64,000 nucleotides of DNA from Somniosus microcephalus (Eukaryota), in NCBI GenBank assembly GCA_052327205.1, contig CM126234.1:22382001-22446000 (forward strand). The letters run 5' to 3'. Position numbers and translations under genes: made by a program. Position 1 is the first letter of the stretch, and every line of letters begins with the position of its first letter. Positions 52,901 through 64,000 of the stretch are shown in pieces. The notes beneath the pieces were generated by a model that had not been told where the DNA came from, did not search any database, and saw only the letters and a list, made by a program, of their open reading frames with translations.

Positions 52901-53051
52901 ACATCTTCTGACCTCTCACATCTCTTACATTGTTAAAGCCGCTTCCGTGAAGTTTGAAGGGGTAAAAACTTTTATCGCCAGTCACCAGCTAATTACCGGC
53001 ATCAATACTAATGTGCTGTAGAATATTAATGATGATTTCTTATCATTCTAG

Positions 53052-53216
<165 letters not shown>

Positions 53217-53225
53217 TAAGTTCTG

Positions 53226-53454
53226 TGTCATAAACCACAACTTCTACAAGAAGTAACTCAGGAAGTACTACTGAACGGCCAGCTGAGGGCGCCGTCCGAG
53301 GAGTATAAATACTCGGGCGTGGGCCCACCTTGGCCAGAGACAATCTGGAAACAGGAAGCTAGTGACTACTAACTAGACCTCCATGTTTTGTTACAAGTCG
53401 ATTAAAGCCTTGCTTTATGTACAACCAAGTGCGCAGTGAGTCTTTATTACGTCA
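53226..53454 (+). mobile_element. Solo LTR, same family as 4507-4713
   Basis: TG...GTCA ends; TSD TTCTG (53221-53225 and 53455-53459); TATAAATA; ATTAAA at 53401. Confidence 0.88.
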
Positions 53455-53959
53455 TTCTGATAATAGTTTCTCACTATCTTTTTAACAAACCCTTAGAGAC
53501 AAACCATCCATTTGGACTCCAATGTCCAAATATCAAATGCTCAATATTATTTTCAATATGAAGAAAATTTAATGTAGTAATTATGTCCTTCAATGTCTTC
53601 AGAATTCTTTCTAATTATGATATGATTAGAATATTTAATAAATGTATACACTAGTGATATCCAATGGCAGAACATCAGTGCTGCACTGACCTTCACTCTT
53701 TTTTTTCTCTGTTATCAACAAATTATTTCTCCACTCCTCTTATTAAGTTACTGACTTCCTGTTGGGTTTTGGCTCCACAGGGACTGCTCAACCTCTGAAT
53801 CTTACCCAAGTGGTTGTTATTTATGTGCGAGTCCTTACTGTGAGATTGGACTAGAGGGAGCATCACAGCTGAGCCTGATCCTATCCTCAGTCAACATCGA
53901 CGCATGCTGCCAGTGACTGTTACCCCATGTCTTCAAATGAAGTTGCTAATGGGCAGCAT

Positions 53960-54860
53960 GTAGATGAATAGGAGGGGGCCAAGGATAGATCCTTTTGGGG
54001 ACTCCAGAGGTGGGACGAGAAGCCAGTGCTGGAGATACTCTGGCTACAATAGTACAGGAAACTCTTTTTTATCTGGCACCGACTGGAGCGGCGTGGTGCC
54101 GGTTTATCAAAAAGTCCGGATTACAGAGAGGTATAGTTAAAAGGTACGAGAGCTCCGTACACAGCAACAAATCCAGGCTTCCCTGTTGCTTAGCAACAGG
54201 TGCAAGAAGCCCGGCCACAGACCAAGCGTCCCTGTTGCTTAGCAACTGGTGCAGGAGCCCCGGTTACACAGCCACAGATCCAGGAACTGCCACTAATATG
54301 AAGTAAAACTTACCTGAACCTACTCCTGAATTTTGCCGGTTAACAGAGATTGCCGGTTATTTAGGTGCCGGTAAATAGAGAGTTTCCTGTATAGGTGAAA
54401 CCAAGATAGGGCAGTCCCACTGAGCTGGACAACTGAGGAGTGGCGTTGGAGGGGATGGTGTGGTTGACTGTATCAATGGCTTGCAGATAGGTCGAGAAGG
54501 ATGAGGAGGGATAGTGCACCACGGCCGCAGTTACAGAGAATGTCATTTGTGACTTTGATTAGGGCCGTTTCAGTGTTGTGGCAGGGACAGAAACCTGATT
54601 GGAGAGATTCAAATTGGAGTAGGTAAGATGAGCATGGATTTAGAGGCGACAATACATTTAGGGATTTGGGAGAGGAAACAGATGTTGGAGATGGGCAGTA
54701 GTTTGCAAGGACAGAGGGGCAAGGGTTGATTTTTCTGAGGAGGTGGTTAATGACCGCAGTTTTCAAAGGGAGAGGGGCAGTACCTGAGGAGAGGGAACAA
54801 TTTACAATGTCAGCTAGCATGGGGGCCAGGAAGGGAATTGGGGTGGTCAGCAGTCGAATA
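53960..54860 (-). mobile_element. L2-like LINE RT fragment
   Basis: QSGFCPCHNTETALIKVTNDIL...LILLDLSA on the - strand. Confidence 0.85.
54055..54389 (+). mobile_element. TA-flanked MITE, copy 4, inserted in the L2 fragment
   Basis: TA|CAGGAAACTCT...AGAGTTTCCTG|TA. Confidence 0.88.
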
Positions 54861-55025
54861 GTCTTGTGCCACTTACTGTCGACGCTCTCAGCTGAATAAT
54901 GCCACTTGGATAAGAGGCTAACCATCATCTGTGCAACTGCATCCCAGCAAAGAGTCATTGACTTAATGAGGGGAGGGAAGAAAACAACTGAAAATATGTA
55001 CACCGTACAATTCCTAAGGTTGTAA

Positions 55026-55193
<168 letters not shown>

Positions 55194-55901
55194 TAGACCA
55201 CAGATGGAATCAGTCAGAAATGCACTGGAGTTTTTGGACTTAACTCATTTAGCGATTGGTTACCAGCTGCTTCCGGGACCGTGACCAGTGGAAACGAGGT
55301 CTCTGACAATTACCACAGATATCTTGGCTATCCAGCCTGTAAACATTAATAATATTCCAGATGAAATCCTTGTAACCTTAATAGTGAACATTGTGTGTAA
55401 ATTTAGCAATGAGACGCTCTTGTTTTAACTCTCTGGCTCTTTAAATTACTGAAGAGGAAGTAGTCTTTTGGCTGTATTTCCAATATCCCTCCTAGTTGGC
55501 TCAATCACTGTTCCTTCAGTTCTCAAAATGGTTGGTTCTGGATAAACAGTACAGGTAAATGCTCAGCCTGTACACCAGATGGCTCTGTTTCAGGAATCTA
55601 GATCTAAACTTGCTTCAACAAAGCAATTCACGTTGTTACAAAGCTGGACAAGTGCATTCTATTATGAGGCATTTCGCTGGGTCCCACCTTTTTTTCTGTA
55701 CCCAGCTCCTAGGTGATGTTGGGGCACCCGAGTATGAATCCCTCTCCCTCTGTATGAAGGTGTGAAGCAGGTTTTCATATTCTGAATAAATCAAAGACAT
55801 TTTTTTCCTAGATGGCAGGGTGCTATACTTCAAACACACTGGATGGAATATACTCTTTGTCAGATACTATCGTTTTTTTTCTGTGTTTTGTTTTTTTACA
55901 G

Positions 55902-56172
55902 AATATAATCCAGGGTGGAGTCTATGACTTTGTCACTCAACAGGTTTTTGACATCACCATCATGATCCTCATCTGCCTCAACATGGTAACAATGATGGTG
56001 GAAACAGATGATCAAAGCAAAGAGAGTGAACTCATTCTGTACTGGATCAACTTCATCTTCATCATTTTCTTCACAAGTGAATGCGTGCTCAAACTCTTTG
56101 CACTGAGGCATTATTATTTCACAATTGGGTGGAATATATTTGACTTTGTGGTTGTGATCCTTTCCATTGTGG
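55902..56172 (+). CDS. scn8a: Nav exon, DIV S1-S3
   Basis: ttacag|...|gtgagt; 271 bp, phase 0 to 1. Confidence 0.97.
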
Positions 56173-58368
56173 GTGAGTAATAATATTTAAAGAGCATTGT
56201 TAAGTTTAACAAATGAAGAGCCCATGTTTGTCGAACAGTGCACTCATAGTGTACTCAACAGTAGTGTAAAGGCACCAGTGATCTACTGATTAGATGGGCA
56301 ACTATGTTTGGCAAGCGAGAAGGTCAATACAGGACCAAAGAGTAGCAAACATTTACAATACTCAGCACCCCGGTCATCAGAATCTGGTAACATTCCAAAT
56401 TTGGCAAGGATTGGGTTCTGTGATAGGTTTTCACAATGTTCTTTCACCTTTGATCTCTAGGTGAAGGCCAGATAAATAGATGAGTCCTACTTGAAATGTG
56501 TTTTATCAACTCCGATAATCCAACATTACATTGTCATTGTCTGAGGCCATAAGGACAGCTGATGTACGAAATGAGGGGCGGGGGGGAAGTCATAATACTG
56601 CAGTACAGTGTTAGTCTGAGGCTGAGGTTAAGATGCATTGTTGGGGCAGAGTAGTCGGAGCCTTATACTGAACTTGGCCCATGGTGTCTGTTATGTAGGA
56701 GTGCTTGACGCTGATATTGGGAGTCAAAAGCATTTAATTTTCTTTTGTTTATTGTGCTTATGGAGACGAGGCATGTCAGCTAATCACTACAGCATATAAA
56801 CTTTTTAAAAAAGTGAAACGTTGGGGCAATTTAAGCCTAACCCGCCCGTCGGGAAGCTGACGGGATCGGGAGCAACCCCGATTTTACACTCGGTTGAAGT
56901 CGAGGGAGGGTATTATCGGGCGGGGTGTAAAACCACCCGATCCCGTGGGTATCCCGCCCATCGAGTTAGGTTAAAATGACCCCCTTTGTGTTTAAGACGA
57001 CAATTGTGTTTTCTATTGGTGCTTGTCTGTGATATGAGTGTTCAAGGTGGGATGTGAAATTGAAAGAACAATGTGCAGAACACACATACAGGTGCTTATT
57101 GGCATCGCTTTAGCAGTCACGAGGAGATCTATCCCAACCCAGAAACCATGCAACCTGTTGCCGACACAGAAAGATAATTTTTTGTAGCTGCTGCAGTCTT
57201 TGGATTATTCCGTCTTACTTTCCCAACTGAACGACAACGGCATGGAGGTTCAATAACAGCAAAAGGGATAAAACTAGGCGCGGATATCTCTTTCCGTCTT
57301 CATCCTTCCTTTGACCTTCAATAACATGAGTAAGGGAGTTCTGCACCCCCACCACAATTGTCTTCCCTCCTCTCCTTACAGAAGTGACACGTGCTGGGCT
57401 ACAGTTCCACAGGTGTTGGATGTCTTGTGGTACCTTGCCCAATGGGCCATTCTTTATACGTGAGCCTAGACAATGAGTATTGGCAGACTATCCAACTGTG
57501 GGCTGAGGGGGGCAGGGTGGGCATCAAGGCAAGCCCGAATTCCCCCCCTCATTCGATATCCATGCATGCATTTTCTAGTAGGAGTCACTGGGCAACAATC
57601 AGGAGTTGGAACTCTGACTTTATTTTTCCCTCCATCGCCCATGGAATCCCTTAATGCCAGTGAGCACGAACCAGAACCCGAGACCCTCCTAGTCTGTGTA
57701 GCTTAGTACCTTACAGCAAGGCTTTTCATTAATCCGCCAAAAAACTGTGAATATCATCGGAACTTTGCATTTTGTGTTCCAGGATATAACACAATCCAAA
57801 TCACTTACATAACTGGAAAATTACACAGCTGCTGTTCAGCATATACAGGATATGGAACAAATGGAAAAACTATGCAGAACAAATATAGAAAGAAAACATT
57901 TTAGACTTTTATCAAGCCTTGGGGATTAGGCTGCATCATATATTGTAAATCGGAATATGCTAGCGCAAAGATTACCATTCAACCTGGGACTTCCCCCTCA
58001 TCTTCATGCAAAAATGTCTTTAACAACAGAGATAGGTGCTTCTTTGGGCTAAACACCTACTGAACATTATAAATGTTTGACTGCATATTACCCACCAGCA
58101 GTAGCGCACTGCTCTGACAAAGGCACCTCCAGACCTGTAACAGTTATTGAGGTTTACAGTTCTAGCTGTGCAGTTAATAAAATGTGACAGTTCATCATTA
58201 AGTTAATGATATGAAGTGAGGAAATTAATAAACAGTAGATAACTGTTTTGCAAGATATTTCTGCACCGCCTGATATCATTTCCTTAGTTATTTACAGTAC
58301 CGTGTTTCATCTGTGGCAGATAAATTGCTTTAAAGCAGACATTAACAAAATCTCTTCTATTTCCTTAG

Positions 58369-59528
58369 GAATGTTCCTGGCTGATATAATTGAAAAATAC
58401 TTTGTATCACCGACCCTTTTCAGAGTCATTCGATTGGCTCGAATTGGTCGTATTTTGCGTCTGATCAAAGGAGCCAAAGGAATACGAACGCTATTGTTTG
58501 CCTTAATGATGTCTTTGCCTGCCTTGTTCAACATTGGGCTTCTGTTGTTCCTGGTCATGTTCATCTTTTCCATATTTGGAATGTCTAATTTTGCATACGT
58601 CAAGAAAGAAGATGGTATCGATGATATGTTTAACTTTGAAACATTTGGCAACAGCATGATCTGCTTGTTCCAGGTCACTACATCTGCCGGTTGGGATGGT
58701 TTACTCTTGCCAATCTTAAACAGACCACCAGATTGTGACCTTGAAAAGGAGAACCCAGGTACTACTGTTAAAGGAGACTGTGGTAATCCATCTGTGGGAA
58801 TATTTTTCTTTGTCAGTTATATCATCATATCATTTTTGATTGTTGTGAACATGTACATTGCCATCATTCTGGAGAACTTCAGCGTGGCTACAGAGGAGAG
58901 TGCTGAACCACTGAGTGAGGATGACTTTGAGACGTTCTACGAGATCTGGGAGAAGTTCGACCCTGATGCCACACAGTTCATAGAGTATAACAAGTTGTCT
59001 GACTTTGCTGATACCTTGGAAGCACCTCTCAGAGTTCCTAAACCCAATCACATTGAACTCATTGCCATGGACCTGCCCATGGTGAGTGGAGATAGGATTC
59101 ACTGTTTGGATATCTTGTTCGCATTCACCAAGCGTGTACTTGGTGAGAGTGGCGAAATGGATGTTCTCCGGCAACAGATGGAGGAGAGATTTGTGGCGTC
59201 TAATCCCTCCAAGGTATCCTACGAGCCAATCACTACCACTCTTCGACGCAAACACGAGGAAGTTTGTGCCATCATTATTCAGCGGGCTTATAGGGCACAT
59301 TTGGCAAGGCGAAAAATCACCACCAAAGGAAGACTTCCGTATTCTAAGCCTGGAGGGCATGCAAATGAGAATGGTAACACCAATCAAGAGAAAAAGGAAG
59401 GAACTCCCTCCACTGCATCACTGCCATCGTACGACAGTGTAACTAAACCTGAGAAACAAGAGAAGGATCGAAAAGGCAATGATAAAGGCAGAAACAACCA
59501 AAAAGACATCAGGGAATCTAAGTTGTGA
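58369..59528 (+). CDS. scn8a: Terminal Nav exon: DIV S3-S6, P-loop TSAGWDG (A of DEKA), IQ motif IQRAYR, PY-like LPSY motif, stop
   Basis: ccttag| acceptor; lies within ORF 58248..59528. [22 protein letters not shown] is the Nav1.6-type C-terminus. Confidence 0.97.
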
Positions 59529-61390
59529 AAAAAATTCCATTTGCAAGCAAATGTTGTTTACAGACTTTAAAAAAAAGTATATAGAGATATATATCAATGC
59601 AGAACAGTGACCCAATTTCTAGAACAAAAAGAACTCTCATCTAGAGATCTATACCAAACATAATCTGCTTACAATATAAAGTTGTTGCCTAGACGGCAGT
59701 GACCTTCCCCTGTCATGACACTAGGACCCTGTACAGCAAAGGGGATTCAATAAACTCCAACAGGTGGTTACTGCATCTACAGTACTTCAGCAGTCACTGC
59801 AACAAAGGACAAACAAAATGGCTGCTAGGATCAGTACATTGCCAAGGGGGTCAGACAGACAGATTTTATTTTCTCATTTTATTTCACTCTTTCAGACAAA
59901 AAACAATACCAAGGTTTGTTTGACCATGCAAAATTATGGTTGCCTCCTTTCATTATCTGTTCTGCAAGTGTAACATTTAGCCCATGTCATTATTTTTAGT
60001 CACGGTTTCTTTCTTATATCTGCATATTTTTCTACATGGGCTCCATGTTGTTGGGGGATAAGGGGAGGTAAGTGGGGGGGTTTTTCGGACTGAGGGGGAC
60101 TTGCTCAGGCCGATTCCAAAAAAAAATGTGCTCGTTCAATGCATAGAAATGATTTGCATGATAGCATGCTGTGATCAGAAATCATGCATGTAGAGTCATA
60201 GACCACAGACACAAGTACTTTGTCCACCCAGTGGTTTTGTCTGATGGCTGAGGCGTTCCACTGTAAAACATACACTATATTGGGGGACAGCCTAATATCA
60301 TGCCCTTCACAAGTATTTACAAACTCTTTAATGAATCATTCATCCAACCTCAGTAGAAGTAAAAAAGGGGGGTTGCGTGTATGTTTAATAGCTAATGTTC
60401 TGAACATACAGCCATTGTTGCACATAAATTGCTGCTCTGTATCCTCCTTAAAGGGGAAAATTAAAATACAAGAATGGCTTGTTGTATTTAAATTTCAATG
60501 TAAACCAAAACTAGGGCTTTAAAGATCGTTCATTTGTATCTTGCAGTATTGATTAATCACCTTCATATTGCAGAGTAGACATTTTATACGGAGGTAAGGA
60601 ATGCTGTGTACATGGCAATTTATCTCTGTGGTGCAATTTTTGGGTACTGGATAATAGGGTATACGCAACACCAAGATGTGTATTAATCCAAGTTGATACA
60701 GTTTTTGAATTTCCAATATCCTTTAAAAAGAAAATGAACATTTACACCTTCATCAGTGATGGTTTGCAGTTGGCACTTTGATGCATGTTTTTCTTGCTTC
60801 TGTAGTCACATATAATGTTTTTTCTCTAATAATCACATTTGTTTAAAAAAAACAATGAATAATAAAAAAAAGAAATAAATATAAATAGCACGACAAGTCA
60901 CAGTGCTGAGTGCAAGTGGCAGGCCGTGCGGCTTCATTTCATTTCATTTACGGTCATCCTGCGACAGATGACAACCGAATGAGGAGTCATGTTTTTCCCC
61001 TCGTTAGCTTCCCCAATTAGAATATGATGTATAAAACAAACAAAAAAAGTCATACATATATGTACAGGCTATGTTGTAAGCAGCACAAACGAATGCTGAA
61101 AGGTGTGGTTGGAATTTTTAAGAGAATATTATAAATATTGTAATATATCATTTTATTTTATCGGCATGCATTTTTTGTAAATACAACAAAAAAAAAAATT
61201 ACAAAATTAAATCGAATGGCTTCAGGCGGATGCCATTGTCACAATTGTTATTTTGGATCCATGGATACTTTTTCATTTGTTAACATCCCAATTCTAGAAG
61301 CAGAATGGCGAATTGTAAAGACGATAAATTTTAAAAACCCACTGTTCTCTGGTTCTCTGTGCAATAAATCCATTTAAGACCAAATCTGTT
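59529..61390 (+). other. Probable 3' UTR of scn8a
   Basis: AT-rich and free of recognisable transposons. AATAAA at 60861, 60874 and 61363. The end point is inferred. Confidence 0.6.
61363..61368 (+). terminator. Candidate polyadenylation signal AATAAA (alternatives at 60861 and 60874)
   Basis: gtgcAATAAAtcc at the end of the repeat-free block. Confidence 0.5.
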
Positions 61391-62384
61391 CAGAATTAGA
61401 TTTTTCGCGCTAATTTGCAGAGATCAGAAACTGGCAAAGGAAAGAGTAGGCGGCAAAATAAATAGTGCAATTAGAAAGCAGCAGCATATCGTGGATGCAT
61501 TTTGTTTTCATTTTTGTTTTGCAGCAAGATCCTTGATGTTATCCAGCGTCAATTCCGGGGCTCATGGGCTCACAGTAATTGCCTGTCCTTACCTAAACTG
61601 CTCTGAATGGTATCAATAGAATGGGGTCATAAGAGCAAAGAACCAAGCCCCATCCTGGTTTTCATTTTCTGCCACACAGATGTGAACTGTAATTTTAAAA
61701 TCTTAGTAGTAAACTTGACTAGTAATGTGTTAGTGAAATGCATGGTGGATGATGCTATTACCCAAACAATGATGGCTAAAGCTACATTATTAACACAGTC
61801 TAACGAATAAATATTACACTTTTTACTCTACCAGGTTGAGGCTGTCTTGGTGTGGATTTTTGTGTTCGGTTCTTTTTTTCGGGGTCTTGTTTCAAAGGGG
61901 TACTGTCTTCAATGAAACAGTTTTTACTCGGCGCAAACCCCCCCCCCCCCCCACCAAAATGTGAGCTGCTTGTGGCAAAAATGGTGCACTGCTCTTGTGC
62001 CTGTTTCTCTCTTTCCCCCCCCCCCTTCCTGCAATGAAGACAGTGCCCCTTCGCAGCTCCAGACTCCATTGTGCACCACTGATTACAAGTAATACTGTCG
62101 AGCCTTAAGGTCTGTACCCCTTTCAATGCCTAACGTATTAAAGAAGAGTTGACAGTTGTTTTTATCCTGTCTGTTTTAAGGGCACCCTAAGCACACAGAA
62201 TATGCCATTGTGAAATTATTGACACGATCTTAAATGGAGAAAACAAAGTGTACGTTGTGTTGGATCCATCTTCACAAATGTGCATGAGATTGCAGTTAAG
62301 CCTAAAGAAGGATTCTGGCTGAGATTTGTTTCCCAAGAAACAAATACAAGGCCCTGAATGCTGCAGTGGGTTAACTTACTGCTG

Positions 62385-62595
62385 TAATAACAACAGAAAA
62401 TGCTGGAAAAACTCAGCAGGTCAGGCAACATCCGTGGACAGAAATTTGAGTTGACGTTTCGGGTCTTTGGAAGAAGGGTTCGACCCGAAATGTCAACTCA
62501 AATTTCTGTCCACGGATGTTGCCTGACCTGCTGAGTTTTTCCAGCATTTTCTGTTGTTATTTCGGATTTCCAACATCCGCAGTATTTTGCTATCG
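62385..62595. mobile_element. Miniature palindromic Penelope-derived insertion
   Basis: 80-bp arms at 62386-62465 and 62482-62561; 13-bp TSD TAACTTACTGCTG at 62372 and 62596; sequence matches the repeat of the 26395 element. Confidence 0.88.
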
Positions 62596-62608
62596 TAACT
62601 TACTGCTG

Positions 62609-62900
62609 GGCCTGGATTTGAATGCAGTCTGCATTGGTGAGATGAAAGTCTCTTCCCTCTGCTGGTTATAAGTGTCCTGAGTGAAATGCATTTGGGGGGT
62701 CGTCTCCTGGTTGTTATGATCCAATAACACAAAACTGGCCATCATTCAGGACTAATTGACACATTAATTGCCAATCTCGGTCAGAGAGAGCATATGCTTT
62801 GCTAAGTGGAAAAAAAATCGCACTGGTGCAATAGGAGGTGCTCTTCTGAACCTGAGGGTAGGGCTCACTATTAGGACAGAGCAAAGGGAGCTTTGCTCTG
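62609..62900 (+). mobile_element. Ancient LF-SINE-like element
   Basis: ggatttgaatgcag...gaaagtc...ctctgctgg...gtgaaatg...acacaaaact...ctaattgac..gccaatctc follows the block order of the LF-SINE consensus as I recall it. Confidence 0.5.
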
Positions 62901-63399
62901 CATCTGGCTGTGCTATAACCTGATCTTGAAGTGCTTGATGCTGACACCGAGTGACAAAAGTGGAAAACTCTTCCACTCCTCACTACTGGCATCCTTTTCT
63001 CCACTCCCATAAAAGGTGAGTTTTGCTAATCTTCACACTTCTAATTGTTCTGGGCCAAAAATGCTGCTATGAAAGCAAAGGACTCCTAGTCAGCAGTAGA
63101 AAATAAACTTAAAAAATAAATATACAAAGGGTGATTCTACAATTCCCACTGCCAGCAAGGAGCTGCACTTGCAGGGATTATGGGATGGAGATAGGCCTAT
63201 AATATTGTAGCCTCCAGTTTCCCTGCAAGCATGGCTCCCAACTGGGAATGTGAGATTACGGAGTCACCTTTACCAACCCATAACTTAATGACCGTAATGA
63301 ACTCAAAGTGTTCATTGATCTATTTTATGTTCACACATTCAGCTCTGCATCATGTTAACATGATCATTGGTGTGTTAAACACCATAACTGATGCCTTCT

Positions 63400-63815
63400 G
63401 TGTGTCAGCTTGACTCAGTTGGTAGGACTCTCGCCTCTGAGTCAGAAACCCTTCGTACCAGGACCTGGGCTCAATACCTAGGCTGACACTCTAGTGGGGT
63501 ACTGAGAGTGCACTGCATTATCGGAGTTGCCAACTATTGGATGAGATGTAAACTGAGGACCCATATGCCTATTTAAGTGGAGGTCAAATATCCCATGGTA
63601 CTATTTGAAGACAACCAGGGAGTTCTCCTGGTGTCCTAGCCAGCATTCCTCCCTCAACCAAAAACAGACCAAGTAGTTAGTCACTTCATTGCTGCTTGTG
63701 GGATCTTGCTGAGCGCAAAATGGCTGCTGAATTTTCCTACATCGCAATGGAAAGTAATTCATTGTGTGTGGTGTTTTGAGGTATGATGAGGCGCTATATA
63801 AATGCAAGTCTTTCT
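63400..63815 (+). mobile_element. DeuSINE (SacSINE1/AmnSINE-like)
   Basis: tRNA-like head gactcagttggtaggactctcgcctctgagtcagaa; Deu core ggatgagatgtaaactgagg...atcccatggtactatttgaag...gttctcctggtgtcct; shared 3' tail. Confidence 0.8.
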
Positions 63816-64000
63816 TTCGTCCCATTCAGTATTGCCTAAATATATCCCATAATATTACATTGCATTTCACACTGATGTTCTGAAACACAGCCAGTTTCTA
63901 CACTTCTAATGCTGTTGATAATCAGACAGCATCTATGGACTTTTTGATGCTGTTTTATCTACTGAGAAATCTTAGCAATATGCCCCATTTTTTTCTTGGT

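Noticed and set aside
58307-59442. Antisense and alternative-frame ORFs over the last exon (also at 15788-16242, 17902-18401 and 43509-43823)
   Set aside because: Shadow ORFs of the real coding exons.

Overview
Eukaryotic genomic DNA, most likely from a cartilaginous fish (shark), judging by the repeat content: CR1 and L2 LINEs, Deu-type SINEs and Penelope elements. The window holds the 3' two-thirds of a + strand voltage-gated sodium channel alpha-subunit gene, best matching SCN8A/Nav1.6. Fifteen coding exons run from the DI-DII linker (1825) to the stop codon (59528), followed by a repeat-free 3' UTR of about 1.8 kb. The exon phases chain into one open frame. Three RNA-processing features stand out: a poison exon homologous to mammalian SCN8A 18N next to 18A, an Rbfox TGCATG cluster after 18A, and a non-canonical AT-AC intron before the IFM inactivation-gate exon. 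The introns carry nested transposons. These include a young Penelope element with 219-bp inverted arms and a minimal hammerhead-like motif, a TA-flanked MITE family with RFX-like palindromes, three solo LTRs with 5-bp TSDs, a Gypsy relic and Harbinger-like elements. I found no clearly new protein-coding system; the most interesting signals are in splicing and RNA structure. Most ORFs in the supplied track are spurious or transposon-derived.
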